64,000 nt of DNA from Acetobacter sp. (GCF_022483985.1 NZ_JAKVME010000003.1:9442-73441); one strand, 5' to 3'. Numbered from the stretch's first letter, positions 43,701 through 52,330 are shown. Notes: generated by a model not told the origin, from the sequence alone. Numbers and translations are program-made.

Positions 43701-44116
43701 GGTGGCAACTGGCGCGCCGGTTACGTCAGGGGAGCAATCGTGCCTCCGTTATCCTGATCATTTCCGCCGACGAGCAGGTAAGGACCCAGACAAATCGCGA
43801 CGGATTGTGCGATGGTATCCTGTCCAAGCCCATTTCGATCTCCGAACTACTGACTCTGATTGACCGAACGCTGGTTCCCGCTGCTTCCACTTCCGAACCT
43901 GCTGTCAAGAACACGACAAACCAGTTGCTGACACCCCCAGACCTGTCGGAACTCCGGCGACTGGCCCGGCTTGGCCATATCGCTGGTCTATTGCGCTTTC
44001 TGGATACGGTTGCAGACACCGCACCGGACGATGCACGAATTATCCGTGACATGGCGAAACATTTTCAGATCGGGGAACTGCGCTCTTTCCTCGACAACTA
44101 CAAGGAGCGGGAATGA
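40787..44116 (+). CDS. hybrid sensor histidine kinase/response regulator with N-terminal permease-like (cytosine/purine-permease-type) 12-TM sensor domain and an 8-Cys cluster
   Basis: ATG at 40787. About 480 aa of transporter-like TM helices, then the Cys cluster CVICQ..CP..CSLCCS..CRDAC (42251-42364), 2 TM, HisKA (VNHEIRTPLNSI), HATPase (GTGLGLTITR) and REC (VFVVDDD..LLDVNMPGMSG). Confidence 0.8.
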   Translation: MSRRSYNRWVADETMEDYALRFTPGSARRWSLPGVANTAFGGVSFLALEMIGGLVFLQYGFTNATLALLIGVVLIFLLSLPISYHSSRCGIDIDLLTRGAGFGYIGSTLTSLVYASFTFMFFAIEGAILSDILKLSLGIPLWLGYILSTLVVIPIVARGFTLISRFQAWTVIPWLALQLLPFVVIAWRQPDAAAGWSHYAGQNPSMPRLMGIGAAFSIIFSVVTQIGEQSDFLRFLPVPQNGRQKWAWWTVILTCGAGWIFAGGLKILAGMFLAWLTLRHGEPSAIAQQPTTMYLMAFRQVTAHPGWALALTTLFIALSQIKINITNAYAGSIAWSNFFSRVTHSHPGRVVWLAFNVGLALLLMEMDIYSTIISLLFLHSTVAASWIGALTSDLVVNKPLGLSPPGIEFRRAYLYDINPVGIGAMTGGIAAAAALYLGVFGPAFTVFAPMAGLVCAFCLAPLIGWATRGRYYLARRRFVPPVNANRYTCVICQNSFEGEDIARCPVYAGFICSLCCSLDSRCRDACKPDGARLSGQIASLARALLPKAIMTPNFGIICRYLAILFALMVCAGGVLFGLYAAIVPFAAVQSSGLYAVFWKTFFLLLLPQAVLAWFVVLNQRSYRTAEDENRYQTRLLMKEIRAHRRTDQQLKKAKERAESANLSKSRFMVGVNHEIRTPLNSIMGYAYLLENRMLTPARRDEGLKIIQRSAEHLSGLIEGLFDISKIEAGRMDVLHEKINLRDFLRHLTDMLRFQANQKNLDFIEDIPDTIPDYVITDQRRLRQILINLLSNAIKFTNQGFVSFSVRWGTEIATFEIRDSGIGIPEEDMERIHEPFQRSSHPNSHRIPGTGLGLTITRLLVQILGGELTISSKVGQGTSCRVRLMLASAQSDAGTVPPISLLTETGSMAMGKRRPSVFVVDDDPIHRGMINDALEPLGFVVYSASNGQECLDIAAHASIDLFLLDVNMPGMSGWQLARRLRQGSNRASVILIISADEQVRTQTNRDGLCDGILSKPISISELLTLIDRTLVPAASTSEPAVKNTTNQLLTPPDLSELRRLARLGHIAGLLRFLDTVADTAPDDARIIRDMAKHFQIGELRSFLDNYKERE

Positions 44117-45009
44117 CCAGCATTGTACTTGTCGTGGATGACGAACCTGTCAATCTGTCTCTCGCCACGGACATTCTGGAAGCTGGAGGCTTTACGGTCC
44201 TTGTGGCCCAGTCGGCGGACGACGGTCTGGCCATTCTGGCCGATGTTCCGGTCGATCTGGTATTGCTGGATGCCGTGATGCCGGGGAAGGATGGATTCCA
44301 GATGTGCCGCATCATGAAAACGATCCCGGATTACTGTGATATTCCAGTCATTTTCATGACCGGCCTGTCCGGACAGGATGACATTGTTCTGGCATTTGAA
44401 GCGGGCAGCGTCGATTATATCATCAAGCCCATCCAGCCAGCCGAACTGCTGGCCCGCACGCGCACACATCTGGATAATGCTAGAAAAACCAAGAATATTT
44501 TTCGGGCCATAAATTTTTCGGGCCGCCATTTCCTGGCCACTGACCGGGAAGGCGTCGTGCAGTGGTTCTCTCCGCAGGTTCCCGCCATCATTGGAAGTGG
44601 CGCAGCACATGACGCGACGCCGAAGCTGTCTGCGGACACACTGCGCTGGCTGCTGACCTGTATCAATACATCATCATCCGTCGATACCAGCTACAGGCAG
44701 CAGGACACGGAGTATGGTATCGAATTCAATTTTATGGGGCAGTCTGAATCCGATGAATTTCTGGTCCGTCTGACTGTTGTCAGGGATGGACAGGACATTA
44801 CGTGCCTACAGGTCAAACTGGGACTGACGGTAAGGGAGGCTGAGGTTCTGTTCTGGGTGGCAAAAGGCAAAACCAATCGGGATATTGCTGAAATCCTGTC
44901 GATCAGCCATCGAACCGTCAATAAACATCTTGAACAGGTCTACATAAAAATCGGTGTGGAAAACAGGGCGGCCGCAACCGCCCGTGTTCTCCAGGCACTT
45001 CATGGATAG
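44113..45009 (+). CDS. response regulator, REC + unknown middle domain + LuxR-type HTH
   Basis: ATGA overlap with the kinase stop. REC motifs VLVVDDE..LLDAVMPGKDG. C-terminal LTVREAEVLFWVAKGKTNRDIAEILSISHRTVNKH. Confidence 0.85.
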   Translation: MTSIVLVVDDEPVNLSLATDILEAGGFTVLVAQSADDGLAILADVPVDLVLLDAVMPGKDGFQMCRIMKTIPDYCDIPVIFMTGLSGQDDIVLAFEAGSVDYIIKPIQPAELLARTRTHLDNARKTKNIFRAINFSGRHFLATDREGVVQWFSPQVPAIIGSGAAHDATPKLSADTLRWLLTCINTSSSVDTSYRQQDTEYGIEFNFMGQSESDEFLVRLTVVRDGQDITCLQVKLGLTVREAEVLFWVAKGKTNRDIAEILSISHRTVNKHLEQVYIKIGVENRAAATARVLQALHG

Positions 45010-45012
45010 AAA

Positions 45013-46020
45013 CTATTTGGGCATCGGTCCAAGTTTCACGCCGTCTGGATAATATTTCCAGCCATCGCGGATACGGACTTTGTCATCCCAGGGAAGTTTA
45101 TATTCTCCAGCGGCAAGGTCGCGTACCCAGGTCAGATAGTTAGCCTTCTCACCACCCGGTTTGCCGACATAGGCGCGGCACCCCAGATTGAAGATATTGT
45201 TTTCCAGCGCCCAGTTTTCACGCGCCTTGTCCACCAGACGTGGGAACAGCTCGGCGGTAACGATTTCCCAGGGGTTGCGATGTCCCTGCTGGATCACGTT
45301 GCCGTCGTAATTGCAGACTGTACCTTCACCAAAATAATAAAACACATTGTCATATCCAGCAAGGTTGACGGATATGGTGTACATCAGATTTTGCCAGGCG
45401 TTGGTCCTGTTGGTCCATATCCACTGGTCGTTAACCTGCGTGGAATAGCCGGAAATGCGGATATAGACATTCGCTCCCTTATAGGCCGCTTCACGCGCCA
45501 GTTCCGGAAACATGCCGTCATGGCAGATGCATACCGCCAGACGTGATCCCTTGGGACCATCGCAGACCGGCATTCCAAAGTTTCCCGGCGACCAGGGCTC
45601 GATCGGCACCCAGGGCTGCAATTTGCGGTAATGCAGTGCGATCTCACCATCAGCGTTAATAATGATAGCTGTATTGTAGGGAGGCAGCGACGGATCTTCG
45701 TTTCGCTCCATGAGCGAGAAAACCCCCCACACATCGTTGCGCTTGCATGCTTCCTTGAAACGGGTGATTTCCGGACTTTCGACCGTCAGCAGCATTTCGT
45801 CGTAGGTCCAGATCGACGTATTCAGCCCTTGCGTCGAATATTCCGGGAACACAATGACGTCCAGATCCGGGTATCCGGCCTTCGTTGAATCGACCGCACG
45901 GCAGATCTGATCAACCTGTGTCTGGATATCTTCAGGACCTTTGATGACCGGGACCGGATATTGAATCAGCGCGACCAGAAGAGCCTCTTCCCACGCGCTC
46001 ACACTCCCTGTGCTTCCCAT
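45013..46020 (-). CDS. amiF: formamidase (AmiF-type, nitrilase superfamily)
   Basis: From ATG 46020 (aaaggag RBS): [59 protein letters not shown]. This matches Helicobacter AmiF closely as I recall it, including the Glu/Lys/Cys triad context. Confidence 0.85.
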   Translation of the reverse strand: MGSTGSVSAWEEALLVALIQYPVPVIKGPEDIQTQVDQICRAVDSTKAGYPDLDVIVFPEYSTQGLNTSIWTYDEMLLTVESPEITRFKEACKRNDVWGVFSLMERNEDPSLPPYNTAIIINADGEIALHYRKLQPWVPIEPWSPGNFGMPVCDGPKGSRLAVCICHDGMFPELAREAAYKGANVYIRISGYSTQVNDQWIWTNRTNAWQNLMYTISVNLAGYDNVFYYFGEGTVCNYDGNVIQQGHRNPWEIVTAELFPRLVDKARENWALENNIFNLGCRAYVGKPGGEKANYLTWVRDLAAGEYKLPWDDKVRIRDGWKYYPDGVKLGPMPK

Positions 46021-46131
46021 GAACTGCTCCTTTGCAAAAACGACAGCCCTACTCGGCCAGTCAGACAGCGGATCGAAGACTTCACGCTCCCGACCCAGGA
46101 GATAATCGTCACGCGTCATGTGGATTCAGGC

Positions 46132-46150
46132 CCATACGTCGTTTGACGTA
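46132..46150. promoter_or_regulatory. candidate operator upstream of amiF (second copy of the palindrome)
   Basis: ccatacgtcgtttgacgta. Its centre lies about 120 bp upstream of the amiF ATG, and 18 of 19 positions match 40647-40665. Confidence 0.6.
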
Positions 46151-46700
46151 AAATGGTGGTTCTAAAGGCAATTCAGGGATGAGCGTTTTTCGGATGAGAC
46201 TGGCGCCCAGTGCGATGAGGATGATGGCCTGTGAGATATCGAGGCGGCGATCGTAGTCGTGCATGAAACGTGGCCATCTTGTCATCCAGCCGACTGATTC
46301 GCTTCATGGCTCGACCGCTTCCGTTCCAGCATCAGTCCCACGTCTTGAATGGTCTGGAGCAGGAACCGTCGGACCAATTCCCTGAACCAGCCATAGACCG
46401 TCGCCAAGACCCGAAATGAATCGGAAGCATCCGCCAGCCGCAGCCGGATCGAATCAAATCGTGCACCGCGTTGATCGCGAAAAACTGGACATCAAAGTCT
46501 GAACACATGAAGCGGACTCTTGTCCTCGCTGATGTGAGGTTTGCGACCAGATCGGTGCATGTCTTGGCAATGATCGAACGGAGTATTGATGCTGGCGTGC
46601 CGTTCCTCTGGATAGCATCGGTCGTCTGGACTTTGGTAAGATCAATTGGTTATTATTCCGGTACCGGAATGGAAGGTTTTCGACTCCTCCCATTTTTGCA
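46151..46700 (-). mobile_element. IS5-family element remnant (frameshifted, internally deleted transposase)
   Basis: Minus-strand frames give ..AINAVHDLIRSGCGWRMLP.., ..TVYGWFRELVRRFLLQTIQDVGLMLERKRSSHEANQSAG.. and ..TRWPRFMHDYDRRLDISQAIILIALGASLIRK... These are the N- and C-terminal blocks of IS5-type transposases with the DDE core missing. Confidence 0.65.
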
Positions 46701-46739
46701 GAACATGCTGAGTTCGCATGAATAAGAAGGCGGATATGA

Positions 46740-47648
46740 ATGAGTTTACAGAAAAAATTTCGTGGAAAGATCACGGGTAGCGATGTTCGTTTGATCAAAG
46801 TGTTCTGTACTATTGTAGAATGCGGAGGGTTTGCGGCTGCCGAACCGGTTTTGCAGATTGGATTGCCTGCGATTAGTCGTTGCGTTTCTGATTTGGAAAT
46901 TCGCACTGGTGTAACTGTATGCCGAAGGGGTAAGGCTGGTTTTTCTGTTACGGAACACGGTTTACGTCTGTATGATTACTGCAAACGGCTTTTGTATGAT
47001 ATCGAGCGTTTTGAGCATGAAATTTCAAGCTTGAACACAGAAGTCAGCGGTACCCTGCGTTTGGCGGTAGTGGACGCTTTGATTACGGATGAAAGTTTCA
47101 GGCTGACGGCAGTCCTCAATAACTTCTGCACGCTTTATCCAGACGTTCTCCTTAATTTAACTTCAAAAACAACGGAAGAAGTTGAATCTGGCATTGTTAA
47201 TAATGAATTTGATGTTGGTATTATATTTAAAAGGAGAGCTGTAGAAAAAATAGAATATAAGTTTCTTCATGGAGAAGTGAATCATCTGTATTGTTCTGTT
47301 GGTCATGAGTTGTTTAAAAATCCACCTAAAAACATCAGCGAAATAAAGCATAAAAAATACAGTTTTTGTGGTTATGATCTGAATAGGGCAACAAGACTTC
47401 CGGAAATTGTTAGAAGTTTTAAGCAAAAAGCTATTGTTCAAAACATGGAGTTAGCTGCAACGCTCATTGGAAGTGGGTGTTATCTGGGATTTCTGCCAGC
47501 GCACTATGTTGACTCACTCTGGAGAAAAGATGATTATAAAAAAATACTTCCGTCAGAAATCCAGTTCATTAATTCTATTGAGATTATTACGCTTAAGGGA
47601 AAAACTTCTTCATTGATAAAAAAATTTCTTTTTTGTATGCATGAATAG
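46740..47648 (+). CDS. LysR-family transcriptional regulator (AT-rich, orphan)
   Basis: N-terminal wHTH (VRLIKVFCTIVECGGFAAAEPVLQIGLPAISRCVSDLE) and a LysR substrate-binding domain. Flanked by IS scraps on both sides. Confidence 0.85.
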   Translation: MSLQKKFRGKITGSDVRLIKVFCTIVECGGFAAAEPVLQIGLPAISRCVSDLEIRTGVTVCRRGKAGFSVTEHGLRLYDYCKRLLYDIERFEHEISSLNTEVSGTLRLAVVDALITDESFRLTAVLNNFCTLYPDVLLNLTSKTTEEVESGIVNNEFDVGIIFKRRAVEKIEYKFLHGEVNHLYCSVGHELFKNPPKNISEIKHKKYSFCGYDLNRATRLPEIVRSFKQKAIVQNMELAATLIGSGCYLGFLPAHYVDSLWRKDDYKKILPSEIQFINSIEIITLKGKTSSLIKKFLFCMHE

Positions 47649-47858
47649 AAATGGTTTCGCTATAAAAACAGAAATTATATTTTGTTTTTATCGGGGGAAT
47701 TGTAATGGGTGTCGCTCCTTAGTTTATAAAAATCTCTTTGGGAATTTATCTGTTAATGATGAATTGGCCTCGTGGAGCATATGTATGACGTTTGAAAATA
47801 CCAATTTTTCGCCATTTTCCTGTTAACGTAAAAAAACCGTCTCCATACTCATTTCGGG

Positions 47859-48280
47859 ACTCTAGGGCATGTCGTCCGTTAGCATCAGACGCTATGAGGC
47901 TTGTACTTCCATCTGATCTGTGATGTTTTCTCCCTGTTTTCAGGGAGAAAATGAATGCGACGATATGGCCTGAGTGACAGCCAGTGGGAACGGATAAAAG
48001 ATCTTCTCCCGGGTCGCGAAGGTCATGTCGGTGGAACGGCTGCCGATAACCGTCTGTCCGTGGAAGCGGTTCTGTATCGTTACCGTGCCGGCATTCCCTA
48101 GCGTGACCTGCCTGTCCGTTTTGGTGACTGGAAGAACGCCGTCATCCCCAAACGGAATCGCAACAATGTATCAACGTGGTGTGTGACGGACCGATATCAG
48201 ACTTAAATCGCAAATTTGGAAGATCTGGCCTCTGCTCACTCGAAACGAAGTGGTCGTTTTATGGTGGAGGCGTCAGGCAT
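47859..48280 (+). mobile_element. IS5-family (IS427/IS1031-like) element, 5' part, degenerate
   Basis: Terminal repeat actctagggcatgtcgtccgtta at 47859. From 47955: [52 protein letters not shown], with an in-frame stop where W is expected. The sequence decays after about 48135. Confidence 0.7.
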
Positions 48281-48295
48281 ACTAAATGGTGGGCG

Positions 48296-48596
48296 TTCCT
48301 TAGGCTCAGGACTCATAGCCAGAACATGACGGTTGCGGCGAGGCAGATGGCTGAGAAGAAGGCGGTCGGGCATCTGTCGTAGCGTGTTGCGACCCGCCGC
48401 CAGTCCTTGAGGCGGCCGAACATGATTTCAATGCGGTTGCGTCTTTTGTATTTTCGCTTGTCGTATTTGACTGGTTTTGCGCGGGATCTTCTTCCTGGAA
48501 TGCAGGGCCTGATCCCTTTTTCCTCCAGAGCATCCCGGAACCAGTCAGCATCATAACCTCGATCCGCCAGCAGCCACTGTAAGGGGACACTTAGTT
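48296..48596 (-). mobile_element. IS5-family transposase C-terminal fragment (a different IS)
   Basis: The minus strand gives QWLLADRGYDADWFRDALEEKGIRPCIPGRRSR..RRNRIEIMFGRLKDWRRVATRYDRCPTAFFSAICLAATVMFWL*. Confidence 0.75.
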
Positions 48597-48840
48597 CTGC
48601 ACCACGGGTAGGCCGGGATTACGTGGGACGAACGGGGACGCCGTGGGATAAAATTTGGCAGGTGGCCGCGATTGAAACGCGGCGTTCAGTTTTATCCACA
48701 GAGGAAAAGCGATCTTAGAGAGGTTTTGCACCAAAATGGATTTCGGCGATTTCGGACAGTTGGTGTTGCACTTTCTGGGCTGAGCGCGGACCGCGTGTCA
48801 GGTTGCGCTCAGAGACCGCTTAGAACTTGATGAAGTTGTG

Positions 48841-49223
48841 TCAGACGCGAGTCTGAATTGCCTCCTCTATCGCGGATTTTAGACGTAGGGCTTGTTCCTT
48901 GTTTTTCGTCGTGAGGATTGGCTGATCGCCAGACGAGTTTTTGATCATCACTTTGTAAGTCGCTGCTTCTATCTTTGATTTACCAATCCCGGCAATAATT
49001 ATTAAAATGATAAAAAAGAAATAAAACCCCAAATAAACCCTTCCGAACTACCTATCATAAACCCAAAAAACAAAGAAATTAAAAAAACAATTCCCGAAAA
49101 TATGCTATCTTCTTTTTTTAACGAGACACTTCCTATGGAGGATACTGAATAACTTGTCTCTCCTATTTTTATTATATTGCTATCAACGGAGAAATTGCCT
49201 TCTGATAAAATAGGATCGCTCAT
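48841..49223 (-). pseudogene. small AT-rich membrane protein, apparently split by a frameshift in a T-run
   Basis: ORFs 49002..49223 and 48841..49032 overlap at tttctttttt. A 1-nt shift would give one protein of about 125 aa (soluble N-terminus, 2 TM, soluble C-terminus). I recognise no family. Confidence 0.35.
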
Positions 49224-49310
49224 TTATGCTGCCTTATGACATGGCCTGGATGCCTGCGACAAAGCGGGGTGTGCAGGAGCGCATTCAGTCTGAGGTCTGG
49301 ATGAAACCTG

Positions 49311-49754
49311 AACAGGAAGGCCAAGGACATCGACGTGACCCGCGCCGATGTCGTCGAATTGCACCAAGGGCTGAAAGAGACACCCTATCAGGCCAACCGG
49401 GTGCTGGGCGTGCTGGCGAACATTCCCCGGATCGACGGCAATCCCTATGTGATCACCGGGAAGATGGAGGGCCAGTATCTGACCGACATCCAGAAACCCC
49501 GGCGGCGGCTTCGCACACGGGCCGGGCTGGACACGCTGCGTATCCATGATCTGCGCCATTCCTTCGCCTCGGACGCGCTCCAGCTTGGCGCGGACCTGAC
49601 CATGATCGGGCGGCTGCTGGGCCATACGCAGGTACAGACCACCGCGCGGTATGCCCACCTCAAGACCGATCCCGTCCGCACCACCGCCAACAAGGTGGCG
49701 GATGCCATCGCCAGCGCGCTCGGGCACGTCGCGCTAGAAAACAGGGTCAACTAA
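49311..49754 (+). pseudogene. tyrosine integrase remnant (N-terminus missing, internal deletion)
   Basis: ..DIDVTRADVVELHQGLKETPYQANRVLGVLANI joins directly to ..NPYVITG..LRIHDLRHSFAS..LLGHTQVQTTARYAHL. The catalytic R-H-R-Y C-terminal box is present, but about 130 aa of the core are absent. Confidence 0.75.
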
Positions 49755-49835
49755 GTTTCCACCCCAGACGATGTGCCTTTTCTATTCAAAGAGTCGGATT
49801 TTCACGTTAACGGAAGGAAAATGATCCTTACATTC

Positions 49836-50405
49836 CTACTTCAATCCAAGAAAAAATGACATTATCGCCACGAGCAATGGAAACACAACTCCCACTACCA
49901 GCTTTCCAAATATTCCATCCCAAAATCCTGTCGCGATTTTTTCAACCGCTTCATTCGTATGATTTATTTGATTAATCGTAACACTTCCATCAGATTGAAT
50001 ATTTCCGATAGATTGATTATTACCATTTGACCCAATCAATTTCTGAAGATCCAAAAAAGAGGCTGCTTCAGATATTAACCTAAAATCTCGTTGTGCTCTG
50101 TCCGTAAACCAAGCACCTGCAAGAAAAAGACTCAACGCGACCATTATGGTGATATTGTAGAATATCTTAAATACTTCATTTGAGGGGTCTGAAGTTATGT
50201 GCCAAAATGCTCTAACTACTATATATCTATCATAAAAATCCCGAACAATATCGGATTTCAAGGGGAAATTTGAAATATAAGATATTTTTAATACCTCTTC
50301 TATTAACAAAATTATAGCCATAAAACCACATAACCCCCCAAATACATATGAGGCCATCGCCCTATTACGCGCTTTTTTCAACATCAGAGACGGATCTTTC
50401 CACAA
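49836..50405 (-). CDS. hypothetical membrane protein (very AT-rich)
   Basis: 189 aa with 3 predicted TM helices. No recognisable motif. It sits between the integrase and methylase remnants. Confidence 0.45.
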   Translation of the reverse strand: MWKDPSLMLKKARNRAMASYVFGGLCGFMAIILLIEEVLKISYISNFPLKSDIVRDFYDRYIVVRAFWHITSDPSNEVFKIFYNITIMVALSLFLAGAWFTDRAQRDFRLISEAASFLDLQKLIGSNGNNQSIGNIQSDGSVTINQINHTNEAVEKIATGFWDGIFGKLVVGVVFPLLVAIMSFFLGLK

Positions 50406-50730
50406 TTAATCCAATAAATTGGCAAATTTTTATTTTTTATGTCGAGACGATTTCTTCATTGAAGAGTCTTTCTACCGTCTCCACAAACAAGAGATTATAT
50501 CCACATCTCTATCGACAAAGAAGGGGAAGGAAGGCCCTTCGCCTCCCTTCCCCCAAAGGCCGCCTACAGAGCGGCAGGGCCGCGCGACGGCGCAGGTCTT
50601 CGCCCCGCTGGCGCGCAACCCGGCCACTCCCGCCGTCATTTGTCCCCAATTCTCCCGCGCGGTCACCCGCCTCCGGGAAGCACTCAGGGGTGCTTCCCCC
50701 GGCGATGATACCGGCAAAGGAGTCGGGGAT

Positions 50731-51400
50731 ATGACCGACAATATGAATGGGGCCTTCCGTAATGTGATCCTTCACGGCGACAGCGTTGCCCTCATGCGGG
50801 CGATGCCGCGCGAGAGCGTGGATTTCATCCTCACCGACGCGCCTTATTCTTGTGAACTACCGGGGCCGGGACGGGCGGACGGTGCGCAATGACGACAACA
50901 CCGCATGGCTTCGCCCGGCGTTCAACCAGATGCACAGAGTCTTGAAGGACCGCGGGTTCGCCCTCTCGTTCTATGCGTGGAACCGGGTTGACCTGTTCAT
51001 GGCGGCCTGGAAGGCGGCGGGGTTTCGGCCCATGGGGCATATCATCTTTCGCAAGTCCTATGCGTCATCCGCCCGGTTCGTCCGCTACACCCATGAGGCG
51101 GCTTACCTACTGGCCAAGGGTGACGCGAAGCTGCCCCGCCAGTCCATCCCGGACGTGATCGACATGCCCTATAGTGGCAGCAGGATGCACCCGACACAGA
51201 AGCCCGTCGCGGCGCTATTGCCCCTGGTTCATGCCTTCTGCCCGGCTGGCGGCCTGGTTCTGGACCCGTTCTGCGGTTCCGGTTCGTCCCTGGTCGCGGC
51301 GCAGCATCTTGGCCGCGACTGGCTGGCATGGAACTGGACGCAACCCACGCCGCCACGGCATCTCGGCGGCTGGCCTATTGGGGCGAGAGACGGGCGGCGG
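50731..51400 (+). pseudogene. ICE-type N6/N4 DNA methyltransferase, frameshifted
   Basis: MTDNMNGAFRNVILHGDSVALMRAMPRESVDFILTD reads in one frame. The rest (..LVNYRGRDGRTVRNDD..MHPTQKPVAALLPLV..VLDPFCGSGSSLVAAQHLGRDW) reads in another, so the DPPY region is broken near 50850. The tail is shifted again after about 51320. Confidence 0.75.
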
Positions 51401-51879
51401 CATAAGTCGCCCCCTCCCTCTTTCCGGCCTGTCACCTACTACGAAGTAGTCGCGCGCTGATCCTTACGGATTGGAAGAAAAAACAAGACCGCATTAATCA
51501 CCGTTCCACTTGAAGCGCGCTCTGAATAATCGCGACCAACCTTCGCGTAATACGGTCTCGTTTTCCTTGCGGAGTCACCATGATCACCCCCCTCTTTCGT
51601 CCACAATTCGCACCGCAGATTCAATGTGTGATTGATCGCCTTTATTCCGAGACACTCTCGCAAGATCCAGCGATACGCCAATTGGCGCAAGCCAAAGGAC
51701 TGACACATGACGGCCAGCGTGGTTTCTACGAGGCCATGAAAGATGAGATCGTTCATCCGGTTGTTGCGGGGTGCGATGTCGTCGAATTCATCAGTCGGGT
51801 CGAGTGTGAACTCGTTCTCCATCGGCTCTTTCTTTTCGACAGTGCCTTCGCCCAGTTCAGGCTGACGGCGTCGGGCGGA

Positions 51880-52330
51880 CTAGTTCGGATCTTCTTCCTC
51901 ATCGTCCGTGGCCGCTTCACCTGCTCCCGTGTCCGGAACAGGTGGCCTGGGGGGCAAGGGCTGGCTACTCCAGTCATCCGGACAACCGTCCTTGGGACGT
52001 GTGGGCTTTGGCGGTGGAAGAACACGCTCGCGGAAGCGGTCATCCTCGAAATAACGGGCCTTCTTTGCACGGATCGGGTAGAGGCCGGAGACCATGACAA
52101 TCTCGTCCGTGGGCGAAAGCTGCATGATCTCGCCGGCCGTCAACAGCGGGCGCGCCGTTTCCGAGCGCGAAACCATCAGATGGCCCAGCCAGGGCGAAAG
52201 CCGGTGTCCGGCATAGTTCTTCATCGCCTTCATCTCTGTGGCGGTGCCGAGCGCGTCCGAGACACGTTCGCGGTCCGCTCATCGTTGGTGGCGACCCGAC
52301 AGCCCCCCCAGGAGATACGATGCCGGCATG
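51880..52330 (-). pseudogene. traG: type IV coupling protein TraG/VirD4, C-terminal fragment
   Basis: ..ATNDERTA(frameshift)RVSDALGTATEMKAMKNYAGHRLSPWLGHLMVSRSETARPLLTAGEIMQLSPTDEIVMVSGLYPIRAKKARYFED. This is only the last ~130 aa of an ~650-aa protein. Confidence 0.75.

Noticed and set aside
25682-48135. Idea that one inversion split a single IS and a single integrase into the halves seen at about 25.7-26.2 kb and 47.9-49.8 kb
   Set aside because: The two integrase scraps both contain the same ITRA(D/N)VV segment, so they come from two genes. Rejoining the IS halves would still lack the DDE core. The simple inversion model does not fit.
51439-51822. 127-aa minus-strand ORF, and the overlapping plus-strand ORF 51580..52425 whose first ~60 aa vaguely resemble a SAM-methyltransferase N-terminus
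   Set aside because: The two mutually exclusive ORFs sit in a region full of gene fragments. Neither has a clear motif or plausible full length, so I cannot decide between them. They are probably scraps.
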